From assembly GCA_028286585.1 (NCBI GenBank), contig JAQBRI010000001.1, positions 1-52,257 of the forward strand: DNA of 52,257 nt, given 5' to 3'. Made by a program: the position numbers and the translations under genes. Shown here in pieces: positions 1 to 10,909 of this stretch. Position 1 is the stretch's first letter; every line of letters begins with the position of its first letter. Under the pieces are notes generated by a model. It was given only the letters and a program-made list of their open reading frames with translations, was not told the DNA's origin and did no database searches. This DNA is from Candidatus Kaiserbacteria bacterium. GTDB lineage: Bacteria; Patescibacteriota; Minisyncoccia; Phycocordibacterales; UBA2100.

Positions 1-551
1 AAAGACTCAAAAACATCGACGGATCATTCACCCGAGGACTCTCAGACATTATGAAGCTCTCTCCCATTAGCTACCACTGGAATCAACTCTCAGGACTCGA
101 TACCACAACCTCTTACTCTGGCTTCTCTGCACAAAATGTCCGGTCGGCAATACCAGAAGCTGTCGGCACCACCAACAACAACGGCTATCTCACACTCCAG
201 GATCGTCCGATACTTGCTGCGACCGTGAATGCGATTAAGGATATTGGATCAATTGGAGGAGTATTCAAAGACAATCTAATTGCGTGGTTGGGGAATAGTG
301 CCAATGGGATTACGAGCATTTTTGCAACGCGCGGTCATTTTTCAAATGAACTTTGCGTAGGAGATACCTGCGTTACACCCGAGCAGTTCAAGGCAATGGT
401 CGCTGCAAGTCAGCAGTCTGCAGGAATTGGTTCTACGCCTGCCCCCGCGCAAGTAAATCCTCCACAGCAAGACGCAACCACTACTACTATTGATACTACT
501 GATACCGAATCCACTTCTACTCCGCAAGCGGATTCATCCACAACAGAATAG
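1..551 (+). CDS. 3' fragment (5' end off-window) of a tail-fibre-like surface protein; peptidase S74 / intramolecular-chaperone autoprocessing domain
   Basis: Frame 3 is open from nt 3 (RLKNIDGSFTRGLSDIMKLSPISYHWN...LTLQDRPILAATVNAIKDIG), with the stop at 549-551. It is the same domain as the 3' end of CDS 50529..52257. Thr/Ser-rich C-terminal tail. Confidence 0.75.
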   Translation, partial: RLKNIDGSFTRGLSDIMKLSPISYHWNQLSGLDTTTSYSGFSAQNVRSAIPEAVGTTNNNGYLTLQDRPILAATVNAIKDIGSIGGVFKDNLIAWLGNSANGITSIFATRGHFSNELCVGDTCVTPEQFKAMVAASQQSAGIGSTPAPAQVNPPQQDATTTTIDTTDTESTSTPQADSSTTE

Positions 552-555
552 TTTT

Positions 556-1821
556 TTAATCAGACTTATTATTTGCCGCGGCAAGACCGGCAACATATCC
601 AGTCGTCCAGCACAGCTGTAAACTATAGCCACCCGAAGGGCGGTCGATGTCGAGAAGATCACCGATAATATATATATTTGAAAAAAGCTTTGAGCGCATA
701 TTTTTTGTATCAACTTCGGTGAGAGGTACTCCGCCCGATGTTATAACTGCCTTATCAGTACCCAAAAGGTGCAAAACCTGAAAGCTAAAATGTTTGAGTG
801 ATTTTCCAAGTGTGATGCGCTGATCCCGAGTAATGCTATTACAGGCAGTATCAGGATCAATCTTGGACAAGGTGAGAATAATCGACACGAGGCCGCGCGG
901 TATCAGATCAGACAAACTATTTTGAATTTTCTTTACGTGATTGATCTTAAATATTTCTTGGAGATGAGTATTCAAAGTCCCATAATCAAATTGGGGAAGA
1001 AGATCCAGCTCAATACGTACATCTCCATTGGGAATGAGCGAACCAATGGTTGAACTGCTGTTTAGTATTCCCGGACCGCTGAGCCCAACATGGGTAAAAA
1101 GCACTTTTCCTCGGGATGTATGGACTTTTTGTTCAAACTGAAAGAGAGAAATTTTGCAGTCCTGCAAACTAATTCCGGCAAGTTCTTGTATCCACGGTTC
1201 TCGCACGGCAACTGGTACCAATGCTGCATTTGCTGGATTTATGGTGTGACCAATAGTGCCAAGCATTTTAAATCCGTCGCCCGTTGATCCAGTTTCTGGA
1301 TGAGATAGTCCACCGGTTGCCAAAATATATGAACGAGCACGCAATATTGTTCCATCAGCAAGCTTAATACCAGATATTGCACCATCGCTCCGTTCAAGAA
1401 ACAGAGCAGGGGATTGTGAGCGAACTTCAACGCCATACGTATTCATTTCTTTAAAAAGTACATCCCATACCGATTGTGATTTGTGAGATGCTGGAAATGC
1501 ACGTTTCAAATCCTCTACAACTGTAGGCATGCCGCGGGAATTAAAAAACTCAATTGATTGTGTTGCATTAAACTGCGCAAACGACGAGGCGAGAAATTTG
1601 TCACTCGATTTGTACTTGGCTAAAAGCGTCCGAGTATCAAATTCAGCATTTGTAACGTTGCACCGTCCGCCACCACTAATGAGCAGCTTTTTACCAAGTG
1701 TATCGTTTTTTTCGAGAAGTAGGACTTTTGCACCGTTTTTTGCTGCCACTCCGGCCGTCATCATGCCCGCAGCGCCACCACCCACGACAATAACGTCCCA
1801 TAGTTCGGTATTTTGAGTCAT
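556..1821 (-). CDS. NAD(P)/FAD-dependent oxidoreductase, HI0933/YhiN (BaiN-like) flavoprotein family
   Basis: N-terminal dinucleotide-binding motif DVIVVGGGAAGMMTAG, followed by LLISGGGRCNVTN, typical of the HI0933 family. 421-aa intact ORF. Confidence 0.8.
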   Translation of the reverse strand: MTQNTELWDVIVVGGGAAGMMTAGVAAKNGAKVLLLEKNDTLGKKLLISGGGRCNVTNAEFDTRTLLAKYKSSDKFLASSFAQFNATQSIEFFNSRGMPTVVEDLKRAFPASHKSQSVWDVLFKEMNTYGVEVRSQSPALFLERSDGAISGIKLADGTILRARSYILATGGLSHPETGSTGDGFKMLGTIGHTINPANAALVPVAVREPWIQELAGISLQDCKISLFQFEQKVHTSRGKVLFTHVGLSGPGILNSSSTIGSLIPNGDVRIELDLLPQFDYGTLNTHLQEIFKINHVKKIQNSLSDLIPRGLVSIILTLSKIDPDTACNSITRDQRITLGKSLKHFSFQVLHLLGTDKAVITSGGVPLTEVDTKNMRSKLFSNIYIIGDLLDIDRPSGGYSLQLCWTTGYVAGLAAANNKSD

Positions 1822-1862
1822 TGTGGCATCCTAGCACGATTTGTGAGGCTGAGGATAACTAT

Positions 1863-1890
1863 TTGCATATATCGAAAAAGCGGTTATAAT
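1863..1890 (+). promoter_or_regulatory. Candidate sigma-70 promoter for rpoBC (TTGCAT-16 nt-TATAAT)
   Basis: TTGCAT at 1863-1868 and TATAAT at 1885-1890 with a 16-nt spacer, about 150 nt upstream of the rpoB ATG. A TGCGTA/TACGCA hairpin lies in the leader. Confidence 0.4.
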
Positions 1891-2039
1891 ACCGGTACAT
1901 TGCGTATTTGGAATAGTTCAAGCTGCATACTACGCAAAGTTTCTCCTCGGGCGGTTTTTGAAAGACGTTTATTAGTGATTTGGTGCCACTTTTATAAATG
2001 TTCATAACATAGATTTTGTCTTTCGGGACGCTATTCACT

Positions 2040-5000
2040 ATGAGTAAATCGCAACGCGCGGATCTTCCGCAAAAGTATTTTGGGCGCTACAACAAGCCTC
2101 TTGTTGAAATGCCAAACCTGGTTGAAGCACAATTGGAATCATTTCGCACCTTTGTCAAAGAAGGTGCCGGTCGCGTACTCAAGGAGTTTTCTCCGATGAC
2201 AGATCACGCAGGCAAAAAGTTTGAACTTACGATCGACTCGTTCTCTTTTGGAGAAATTCGTACAGACGAACAATATGCCAAGCGAATGAATAAAACGTAC
2301 GAAGCACCACTCTCGGTCAACGTTACACTTAAAAACAAGACAAACGGCGCAGAAAAAGAACAAGAGATTTTCTTGGCTGATGTACCATGGATGACCAATC
2401 ACGGAACATTCATCATCAACGGCGTCGAACGCATCGTCGTTCCACAACTCGCTCGTAGTTACGGCGTGTTTTTTGAGGGTATTCCATACAAGGCAAAGAA
2501 TTACTTTGCTGCAAAAATAATCCCAGCTCGCGGTGTTTGGATCGAAATTGAATCTGATGCTGATGGTGCTATGTACGTCAAAGTCGACCGAAAGCGTCGA
2601 TTTCCTGTAACTTCGCTTTTGCGCATCTTGGGTCTTGTTACCGACGCTGATATTGCAGCCGAATTTGCAAAGACTCCTGCAGCCGAGACGATTGCGATGA
2701 CACTTACGCACGACACTGCAAAGAAGCAAGAAGAAGCATATATCGAAATATACCGCCGCCTCCGCGATGGTGATATTGCAACACTTGAGACTGCTCGTGA
2801 ATACGTCAAGTCAATGCTTTCAGAAGACCGTTACGACCTTTCAAAGGTAGGACGATTCCATTTCAACCGACGTTTCGACCTCCCAACAGACGAGAAGAAG
2901 CACCAGGGAGCACTTTCTTTGAGTGATTTTGTTCGTATCATCACACATATCTCAGAATTGAATGCGAACCCACATGCAGAAAGTGACGACATCGACCACC
3001 TTGGACTTCGCCGCGTTAGATTTACGGGAGAACTCCTTGAACAGCGTATGCGTGTTGGACTTTCTCGTATGAAGCGAAACATCCAGGATCGTATGGCAAT
3101 TGTTGATCCCGATACCACAGCACCGGTATCCATGATCAACCCGCGTCCTTTCCAAGCTGCAATTCGTGAATTCTTCACCACAGATCAACTTTCACAGTTG
3201 ATGCAACAGTACAACGCACTCGACGAAATCGAACACCTTCGAACACTTTCGACATTGGGTCGTGGAGGTCTTACTTCGGAGCGAGCAGGACTCGAGGTTC
3301 GTGACGTGCACCCTTCTCACTACGGCCGCGTTTGTCCTATTCACACACCAGAAGGTAAAAACATCGGTCTCGTATTGCACATGTCTCTCTATGCTCGTCC
3401 AAACGAATTTGGAATCATCGAGACTCCATATGCCAAGGTCAAGAAGGGTATCATCAGTGATGAAATCGTATACCTAAACGCACTTGAGGAATCACAATAC
3501 GCTATCGGTCACGCTGCTATTCCACGAAGTGATGCAGGACGTATCACTGCAGACTTTGTTGAAGTTCGCCGACACGGTGACCCAACACTTGTCTCTCGTG
3601 AAGAAGTCGATTTGATCGAAGTTTCAACCAACCAACCATTCTCTGTTGCAACATCACTTATTCCGTTTGTTGAAAACGACGACGCTAACCGAGCACTCAT
3701 GGGTTCGAACATGCAAAAACAAGCTGTTCCTCTCGTTGTTCCAGAAGCACCAATCGTAGCAACTGGCGTCGAAAGCATCGCAGCTCGCGACTCAGGACGT
3801 TTGATTCATGCTGAAGAAGCTGGCGAAGTTACCGCAGCTGACGCTCGAATCATTACGGTCAAGGGAACCAGTGGCAAGAGCAAGGATTACTCTCTTGTTA
3901 ACTTTTCTCGAACCAACGGATTTACAACATTCCACCAGCGTCCAACAGTTTCTGTTGGCGACAAGGTAAAGCGAGGTGACTTGCTTGCAGACTCTTCGAC
4001 ATCGGTTGGAGGTCAGCTTTCTATTGGTCAAAACGTTCGTGTGGCATTCTTGCCTTGGTTTGGAGCAAACTTTGAAGACGCGATCGTTATTTCAGAAAAA
4101 ATGGCAAAGCTCGCAAAGTTTAGTTCTATTCACATGGAAGAGTTTGTTTGTGTTGTTCGCGACACCAAGCTTGGTCCCGAGGTAACAACCCACGATATTC
4201 CAAACGTTTCAGAATTCAAACTTCGTAACCTTGATGAGGAAGGAGTAGTTCGCATCGGCGCAGAAGTACGCCCTGGGGATATTCTCGTTGGTAAGGTTAC
4301 TCCAAAGGGAGAGACACAATTGTCTCCTGAAGAGCGACTCTTGCATGCAATCTTTGGTGAAAAGGCAAAGGATGTAAAAGACACATCAATGCGCATGGAA
4401 GGCGGCAAGCGAGGACGTGTCATTGGTATCAAGATCTTCTCACGCGAGGGAGGCGACTCACTCGAAAGTGGCGTTATCAAGCGAGTGCACATCGAAGTCG
4501 CACAACTCCGAACCATCTCGGTTGGAGACAAGCTCGCGGGGCGACACGGTAACAAGGGTGTCATCTCACGAATCTTGCCAGAAGAAGATATGCCATTCGA
4601 TAAGGACGGAAATCCTGTCGACATCATTTTGACTCCACTCGGCGTTCCATCTCGTATGAACCTCGGACAGATTTACGAAACACATCTTGGTCTTGCAGCA
4701 GAAATGCTTGGATACCAGGCGGTTGTACCATCATTTGCAGGAGCAACTGATACAGAAATCAAAGATGAACTTACAAAGGCGGGACTTTCTCCTGACGGTA
4801 AGCGAACACTCTTTGACGGACGCACAGGAGAAGCATTCGCACAGCCAGTTATGGTTGGCGTAATGTACATGCTCAAGCTGCACCACATGGTTGAAGACAA
4901 GATTCACATGCGTTCGATTGGTCCATACTCACTTACTACGCAACAGCCACTCGGCGGTAAAGCTCAGAACGGCGGTCAGCGCGTGGGAGAAATGGAAGTC

Positions 5001-5252
5001 TGGGCATTCTTGGGCTACGGTGCCGCACACAGTTTGCGTGAAATCCTCACCATCAAATCAGACGATATCGTCGGACGCTCAGCTGCCTTCGATGCAATCG
5101 TATCCGGAAACAGAATTACAGAATCAAATACACCAGCGACGTTTAATGTGCTTGTGCGTCACCTTCGAGGACTTGGTATTGATACCGAGTTTCAGGGTGG
5201 AGAAGAAATTATTAGAGAGCGCGCTCCACGACGAGCACGTAATGACGAATAA
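2040..5252 (+). CDS. rpoB: DNA-directed RNA polymerase subunit beta
   Basis: Unmistakable RpoB translation ([63 protein letters not shown]). ATG at 2040 is preferred over the in-frame TTG at 2016 used by the ORF track. Confidence 0.97.
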   Translation: MSKSQRADLPQKYFGRYNKPLVEMPNLVEAQLESFRTFVKEGAGRVLKEFSPMTDHAGKKFELTIDSFSFGEIRTDEQYAKRMNKTYEAPLSVNVTLKNKTNGAEKEQEIFLADVPWMTNHGTFIINGVERIVVPQLARSYGVFFEGIPYKAKNYFAAKIIPARGVWIEIESDADGAMYVKVDRKRRFPVTSLLRILGLVTDADIAAEFAKTPAAETIAMTLTHDTAKKQEEAYIEIYRRLRDGDIATLETAREYVKSMLSEDRYDLSKVGRFHFNRRFDLPTDEKKHQGALSLSDFVRIITHISELNANPHAESDDIDHLGLRRVRFTGELLEQRMRVGLSRMKRNIQDRMAIVDPDTTAPVSMINPRPFQAAIREFFTTDQLSQLMQQYNALDEIEHLRTLSTLGRGGLTSERAGLEVRDVHPSHYGRVCPIHTPEGKNIGLVLHMSLYARPNEFGIIETPYAKVKKGIISDEIVYLNALEESQYAIGHAAIPRSDAGRITADFVEVRRHGDPTLVSREEVDLIEVSTNQPFSVATSLIPFVENDDANRALMGSNMQKQAVPLVVPEAPIVATGVESIAARDSGRLIHAEEAGEVTAADARIITVKGTSGKSKDYSLVNFSRTNGFTTFHQRPTVSVGDKVKRGDLLADSSTSVGGQLSIGQNVRVAFLPWFGANFEDAIVISEKMAKLAKFSSIHMEEFVCVVRDTKLGPEVTTHDIPNVSEFKLRNLDEEGVVRIGAEVRPGDILVGKVTPKGETQLSPEERLLHAIFGEKAKDVKDTSMRMEGGKRGRVIGIKIFSREGGDSLESGVIKRVHIEVAQLRTISVGDKLAGRHGNKGVISRILPEEDMPFDKDGNPVDIILTPLGVPSRMNLGQIYETHLGLAAEMLGYQAVVPSFAGATDTEIKDELTKAGLSPDGKRTLFDGRTGEAFAQPVMVGVMYMLKLHHMVEDKIHMRSIGPYSLTTQQPLGGKAQNGGQRVGEMEVWAFLGYGAAHSLREILTIKSDDIVGRSAAFDAIVSGNRITESNTPATFNVLVRHLRGLGIDTEFQGGEEIIRERAPRRARNDE

Positions 5253-5264
5253 CCACAATCATCT

Positions 5265-8200
5265 ATGACTACACCAATAAAGAAAAAAGACTCGATCCCG
5301 ACAAACTTTGATGCGGTTACCATGCGTCTCGCATCTCCTGAGCGTGTTCTCGACTGGAGTTGGGGAGAAATCACCAAGCCAGAAACAATTAACTATCGTA
5401 CACAGCGGCCAGAAAAGAACGGACTCTTTGACGAGCGAGTGTTTGGTCCTGAAAAGGATTACGAATGTTACTGTGGTAAATACCGCGGTATTCGTTTCCG
5501 AGGAATTATCTGTGAAAAGTGTGGCGTTGAAATCACACGTGCAATCGTACGCCGTGAGCGCATGGGTCACATCGACCTTGCTACACCGGTCACACACATC
5601 TGGTTCTTGCGTGGTATTCCATCACGTATCGCTCTCATGCTCGGACTTTCTGCAACAGATGTAGAAAAAGTGGTCTACTTTGCTGGATACATTGTTATCT
5701 CGGTCAACGAAGATGAGCGCAAGCGAGTACTCAAAGATCTTGAACTCGAACTCTCAACCAAGTCTAAGTCAGCTGCAACCGACGAAGTGCGTACTGAACT
5801 TAAAGAAAAGGCACAAAAGGCAAAGGGCGAAATCGAATCAATTCAAAAGGGCGTCGTTCTCGACGAGGCGGCATACCACTCCTACGCTGTTAAGTACGGT
5901 GCAATATTTCGAGCTGCAATCGGAGCTGAGGCACTTTATAATATTCTCAAAGAAATCGACCTTGGTGCATTTGTAAAAAATGTACGTGAAGAGTTCGAGA
6001 AGTCAGGTGCAGCAGATCGCGACAAGCTTCGTAAGCGTCTTGCGCTTGCAGAATCACTTCAGCGTTCTGGCGTACGTCCTGAATGGATGTTCCTTACCCG
6101 ACTTCCTGTTGTTCCACCGGCACTTCGCCCAATGGTTGCGCTCGAGGGCGGACGACATGCTTCGTCTGATTTGAACGACCTCTATCGTCGTGTCATCAAC
6201 CGTAACAACCGCCTCAAGCGATTGCTTGCAATTCATGCACCTGAAGTTATTCTTCGAAACGAAAAGCGTATCTTGCAGGAGGCAATCGATGCTCTCCTCG
6301 ACAACTCAATGCGTCGTGGCGCAGGAGTAGCTGGTATTCTTGGCGGACGCCGCCGTGCACTCAAGTCACTTGCTGATTACCTTAAGGGTAAGCATGGATA
6401 CTTGCGTCAAAACCTCCTTGGTAAGCGCGTTGACTACTCTGGCCGATCGGTTATCGTTGTCGGTCCTGATCTTGCGCTCGACGAGTGTGGACTTCCAAAA
6501 CATATGGTCTTGGAATTGTTCCGACCATTCGTTATTCAGGGTCTTCTTTCTCGTGAACTCGCGTTTAACATTCGTGGAGCAGGACGTCTTATCGAAGACG
6601 AGGCACCAGAAGTATGGCCAATCGTTGAAGAGGCAATCAAGGGCAAGTATGTTCTCTTGAACCGCGCACCAACACTCCACCGTCAATCTATCCAGGCATT
6701 CCGCCCAGTTTTGATCGAAGGAAATGCTATCCAAGTACACCCACTCGTGTGTCCTGCATACAATGCGGACTTCGACGGAGATGCTATGGCTGTGCACGTT
6801 CCGCTTTCTGAAGCTGCTCAAATGGAAGCACGCAAGATCATGTCTGCTGCAAAGAACATCCTCAAGCCAGGTTCTGGTGACGTGGTTGTTGCATCAAAAC
6901 TTCTCGACATCGTGCTCGGCTGTTACTGGATGACAAAAGAAGTTCCAGGACTCAAGGGCGAGGGAAGTGCATTCCCATCAACCAATGCCGCTATTACTAC
7001 ACACGACTTTGGCGGTATCGACCTTCGTGCAAAAATCAAAGTGTTGCCAAGTGAACACGCTAAGTATGCTCAGTTCGAAGGCAAAATCTTTGAGACCACT
7101 GTTGGACGACTTCTCTTTAACTCGGTACTTCCACAGGACTTCCCATACATCAACGAAGAAATCACCAACAAGCGCATGAATGCGATGATTCAAAATCTCG
7201 TCGTTCACTACCAACTTGACGGTATTCCTGCGATTCTCGACAAGATCAAGAAGTTTGGATTCCGATACTCAACATACGCTGGTATCACATGGTCAATCTC
7301 AGACGTGCTTGTTCCAAAGGAAAAGGAGGCACTTATCGAAGAAGGTCGCGCAGCAACTGCTCGTGAACAGGAAAACTTTGATAACGGACTTTTGACCAAC
7401 GAAGAACGACGTCGAGCAACGATCGAAATTTGGGCGAAGACTTCGGTTGAATTGCGTAAGCATGTTATCGAGGCTATCGACGAAAACGGACCAGTGCATG
7501 ACATGATCACGTCTGGCGCCCGAGGTAACCAGGCTCAGCTTCACCAGATGGCTGGTATGAAGGGTCTCATCACCAACCCGCGTGGAGAAGTTATTGAATT
7601 CCCAATTACATCATCTCTTAAGGAAGGGCTTACACCGATCGAGTACTTTATTTCTACTCACGGAGCTCGTAAGGGTCTTGCGGACACAGCGCTTAACACA
7701 GCACGTGCCGGATACCTTACACGTCGTTTGTTCGACGTTGCTCATGACGTAGTTATTCTCGAAGCAGATTGTGGAGCAAAGGACGGTATCGTCATCAAGC
7801 GCCCAGGAAAGGAAAACATCGGAGGATCATTTGCAGACCGACTTCATGGCCGCGTATTGCTCGAAGATTGTATGGACGGAGATACAGTTGTCCTTAAGCG
7901 TAACACAATGATTCGTCGTGATGATGCCAAGGCGATCGAAGACAGTGGAGCAATTGAGGCATCGGTACGATCTCCTATGGTTTGTAAAGTTGCACGCGGA
8001 GTTTGTCAGAAGTGTTATGGTATGGACTTGTCCAACAGTGAACTCATCGACCTTGGAGAGGCAGTAGGAGTAGTCGCTGCACAAGCTATTGGCGAGCCGG
8101 GTACACAGCTCACTATGCGTACTTTCCACACAGGAGGCGTTGCTACAGCAGGCGGAGACATCACTATGGGTCTTCCTCGTGTTGAAGAAGTATTTGAAAC

Positions 8201-8954
8201 TCGAGCACCTAAGTTGCCTGCAACTATTGCACGTGTCTCAGGAGTCGTTGGTTCAATCGAAAATGACGGATCAGAAAAGGTCATTACACTTATTGCCGAG
8301 GCAAGTGATACCAAGAAAACTGCTCGCGGAATCAAAAAAGAAACAGAGTACCGAATACACCCACTTCGATCTGTAAAGGTAAAGGTTGGATCAGTCGTTA
8401 CTCGCGGAGATTTCTTGACCGACGGTTCAGCAGACTTGGATGAGTACTTCGAATTTGCTGGAAAGGAAAAAGCTCAGGAATACGTTATCAATGAAATCAC
8501 CCGAATTTACGAATTGCAGGGAGTTTCGACCGGACGTAAGCACCTCGAAATCATCGTTAAGCAAATGTTCAGTCGTGTAAATATCACGAACCCAGGAGAT
8601 ACCGGAGTTTCTGCTGGAGATATTCTTGCTGACTTTGAGTTTGATCGCATCAACAACATTGCAAAGGAGGCAGGACGTGAGCCAGCTCGTGGTAAGCAGT
8701 TGCTCTTGGGAATCACCGAGACATCACTTACTCGTGCCTCATTCTTGTCATCTATCTCATTCCAAAACACACCACGTAAGCTCGCTGAGGCATCAGTCTC
8801 TGGCGCAGTCGACCGATTGGTAGGTCTTAAGGAAAATGTCATCATCGGACGACTTATTCCAGCAGGAACAGGTTTTCCTGGAAGTAAGAAGTTTACAATG
8901 ATCGAGGATATGGAAGCTGATTTGCGAGCCACTGCTCCAATCATTACTGAGTAA
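5265..8954 (+). CDS. rpoC: DNA-directed RNA polymerase subunit beta'
   Basis: Zn-finger CYCGKYRGIRFRGIICEKCGVE, catalytic NADFDGD motif, NRAPTLHRQSIQAF. Lies immediately downstream of rpoB. Confidence 0.97.
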   Translation: MTTPIKKKDSIPTNFDAVTMRLASPERVLDWSWGEITKPETINYRTQRPEKNGLFDERVFGPEKDYECYCGKYRGIRFRGIICEKCGVEITRAIVRRERMGHIDLATPVTHIWFLRGIPSRIALMLGLSATDVEKVVYFAGYIVISVNEDERKRVLKDLELELSTKSKSAATDEVRTELKEKAQKAKGEIESIQKGVVLDEAAYHSYAVKYGAIFRAAIGAEALYNILKEIDLGAFVKNVREEFEKSGAADRDKLRKRLALAESLQRSGVRPEWMFLTRLPVVPPALRPMVALEGGRHASSDLNDLYRRVINRNNRLKRLLAIHAPEVILRNEKRILQEAIDALLDNSMRRGAGVAGILGGRRRALKSLADYLKGKHGYLRQNLLGKRVDYSGRSVIVVGPDLALDECGLPKHMVLELFRPFVIQGLLSRELAFNIRGAGRLIEDEAPEVWPIVEEAIKGKYVLLNRAPTLHRQSIQAFRPVLIEGNAIQVHPLVCPAYNADFDGDAMAVHVPLSEAAQMEARKIMSAAKNILKPGSGDVVVASKLLDIVLGCYWMTKEVPGLKGEGSAFPSTNAAITTHDFGGIDLRAKIKVLPSEHAKYAQFEGKIFETTVGRLLFNSVLPQDFPYINEEITNKRMNAMIQNLVVHYQLDGIPAILDKIKKFGFRYSTYAGITWSISDVLVPKEKEALIEEGRAATAREQENFDNGLLTNEERRRATIEIWAKTSVELRKHVIEAIDENGPVHDMITSGARGNQAQLHQMAGMKGLITNPRGEVIEFPITSSLKEGLTPIEYFISTHGARKGLADTALNTARAGYLTRRLFDVAHDVVILEADCGAKDGIVIKRPGKENIGGSFADRLHGRVLLEDCMDGDTVVLKRNTMIRRDDAKAIEDSGAIEASVRSPMVCKVARGVCQKCYGMDLSNSELIDLGEAVGVVAAQAIGEPGTQLTMRTFHTGGVATAGGDITMGLPRVEEVFETRAPKLPATIARVSGVVGSIENDGSEKVITLIAEASDTKKTARGIKKETEYRIHPLRSVKVKVGSVVTRGDFLTDGSADLDEYFEFAGKEKAQEYVINEITRIYELQGVSTGRKHLEIIVKQMFSRVNITNPGDTGVSAGDILADFEFDRINNIAKEAGREPARGKQLLLGITETSLTRASFLSSISFQNTPRKLAEASVSGAVDRLVGLKENVIIGRLIPAGTGFPGSKKFTMIEDMEADLRATAPIITE

Positions 8955-8979
8955 TAATTAAAAATACTCTATACGAAAA

Positions 8980-9000
8980 CCCGACGAAAGTCGGGTTTTT
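8980..9000 (+). terminator. Intrinsic terminator after rpoC
   Basis: CCCGAC-GAAA-GTCGGG hairpin followed by TTTTT. Confidence 0.75.
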
Positions 9001-9064
9001 GTATTTTAGAATCCCTAGAAGGGATTTGTAAGAGAGTTTCTATTTTCACCCTGCCGGGTGCATA

Positions 9065-10810
9065 ATGGGGGAAAGTATGGCAGAAAAAACCGACACAGTT
9101 CAACAAATCAAAGACCGGCTATCCATAGTCGACGTGGTTTCGCAGTACGTAAAACTGGAACGTGCTGGGTCAGCGCTCCGTGCAAGATGCCCATTTCATA
9201 GTGAAAGAACACCGTCTTTTAATGTCTCTCCTGAGCGTAATACCTTTCACTGCTTTGGCTGCGGTGTGGGTGGTGACATGTTTACCTTTGTGATGCTGTC
9301 CGAGGGAATCGATTTTAAGGGTGCACTCAAGGTGCTTGCAGAAAAGGCCGGCGTCGAATTGGTGTATTCTCAAAAGGATACCGGCGAAGAAGCTGCGCGC
9401 ATGCGGCTCTTTGAACTGCTCGAAGCAACAACCGTTTTTTATATGGGGCAGCTTTCTCCCGCAGCAAAAACATATCTCGAATCACGCGGTATAACACAGC
9501 AAACCATACAAGACTTTAGACTTGGCGAAGCAACCGACGCATGGAGCTTGTGCGTGGATTATCTCAAATCAAAAAAGTTTACCGAACAAGAAATGGTTGC
9601 TGCAGGTGTGGGGCGCAAAAATGAGCATGGAGGACTTTCTGACAAATTTAGAAACCGCATTATTTTTCCAATTGGCGATTCGGTAGGTAGAATCGTAGGA
9701 TTTTCTGGACGCATCTTCGGGCCCTTGGCTTCGCCAGACGCGCCAAAATATCTTAATTCACCCGAGACCGATGTGTACCACAAGTCGAGACTCTTGTACG
9801 GATACGACAAAGCAAAGCAGGCAATGCGAACACTCAACTGCGCAATATTGGTTGAGGGTCAGATGGATCTCGTAGCTTCGCACCAGGCGGGCTGGAGTAA
9901 TACGGTCGCAGTTTCAGGTACCGCGTTTACGGTAGAGCATACACAGATCATAAAGCGAATGACAGATAACCTCATTCTTGCGCTCGACGCTGATGCGGCA
10001 GGTATCAAAGCTGCTGCACGTGCCGCGCGCGTCGCATTGCAGGCAGGACTCAATGTCAAAGTGGTGCAATTGCCCGAGGGAAAGGATCCGGCGGACCTGA
10101 TATTACAAGAGGGAAGTGAGGCATGGAAACTGGCGATCAAGGATGCAAAAGACATAATAGTATTCTTGCTCGATATTCTTGAAAGCAGGTCAAAAGATAC
10201 CGATGGATTTAGACGCAGTGTCGAACTGTCGGTTTTACCTTTTCTTAATGACGTATCAAGCCCAATTGCGCGTGAACAATACACGACACTGATCGCGCGC
10301 CGCCTCAATGTTTCGGAGCATGCAATTATTGAAACGCTTGCACGCATTCCAAAAGAGCAAACGATAGCGCCCAAAAATACACAGACCGTACCCATAGCAG
10401 AAGTGGCACAGAGCAGATCAACACATTCTGATCGTGTACGAACAGCGTTCGCAATACTCCTGTGGCAGCAATCGGCAACTCATCCGCAGCTTGATCATGC
10501 TGTCTATGAAGCCTCATTGCGCGAAGCACTTGATGATACCCTGGATGAGCTGCACACGATGAGCGACAGCGACAAAGAAAAATTGCGATTTGAAGCAGAA
10601 CGAATTTATGGTGTATCCAATGTGCTCTCTGCAGAAGTTGAGTCATTGCTGCACAACCTCAAGAAGGACCGTGTCACAAAAAAGCTTCATACCATGTCCG
10701 AAATGCTCAAAAACGCCGAAGCCATATCAGACGAGTCGCAAATCCAAACTTTGATGGACCAGATAGCCCTGTTGACAAGTGAGATTGCGTATTTGCATAT
10801 AATGCGGTAA
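9065..10810 (+). CDS. dnaG: DNA primase
   Basis: CHC2 zinc finger (CPFHSERTPSFNVSPERNTFHCFGCGVGGD) and TOPRIM region (ILVEGQMDLV...LALDADAAG). Start could also be the ATG at 9077. Confidence 0.93.
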   Translation: MGESMAEKTDTVQQIKDRLSIVDVVSQYVKLERAGSALRARCPFHSERTPSFNVSPERNTFHCFGCGVGGDMFTFVMLSEGIDFKGALKVLAEKAGVELVYSQKDTGEEAARMRLFELLEATTVFYMGQLSPAAKTYLESRGITQQTIQDFRLGEATDAWSLCVDYLKSKKFTEQEMVAAGVGRKNEHGGLSDKFRNRIIFPIGDSVGRIVGFSGRIFGPLASPDAPKYLNSPETDVYHKSRLLYGYDKAKQAMRTLNCAILVEGQMDLVASHQAGWSNTVAVSGTAFTVEHTQIIKRMTDNLILALDADAAGIKAAARAARVALQAGLNVKVVQLPEGKDPADLILQEGSEAWKLAIKDAKDIIVFLLDILESRSKDTDGFRRSVELSVLPFLNDVSSPIAREQYTTLIARRLNVSEHAIIETLARIPKEQTIAPKNTQTVPIAEVAQSRSTHSDRVRTAFAILLWQQSATHPQLDHAVYEASLREALDDTLDELHTMSDSDKEKLRFEAERIYGVSNVLSAEVESLLHNLKKDRVTKKLHTMSEMLKNAEAISDESQIQTLMDQIALLTSEIAYLHIMR

Positions 10811-10822
10811 GATGTGCTATCC

Positions 10823-10847
10823 GCGTCATTTGTGACGCTTTTGTTTT
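10823..10847 (+). terminator. Hairpin plus T-tract after dnaG
   Basis: GCGTCA-TTTG-TGACGC followed by TTTTGTTTT. Confidence 0.5.
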
Positions 10848-10909
10848 GAAACTTTCTATTCTCCAAAGGTGTAACAGAGAATAATAGACCACCGTACGAT
10901 TTTTATACA

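Noticed and set aside
1-277. Window-end similarity as evidence of a circular replicon, terminal repeats or IS ends
   Set aside because: The copies are diverged (11 mismatches in ~137 nt plus a codon indel), in-frame coding sequence, and in direct orientation within two different genes. They are paralogs, not assembly overlap or inverted repeats.
2139-8944. Numerous 60-196-aa ORFs antisense to, or out of frame within, rpoB and rpoC (for example 2139..2729-, 4130..4627-, 8507..8944-)
   Set aside because: They lie entirely inside strongly supported, conserved CDSs. They have low-complexity or Ser/Arg-rich translations and no RBS or terminator. The same reasoning applies to the shadow ORFs inside valS, dnaG, atpA, purF, ftsI and the other long genes.
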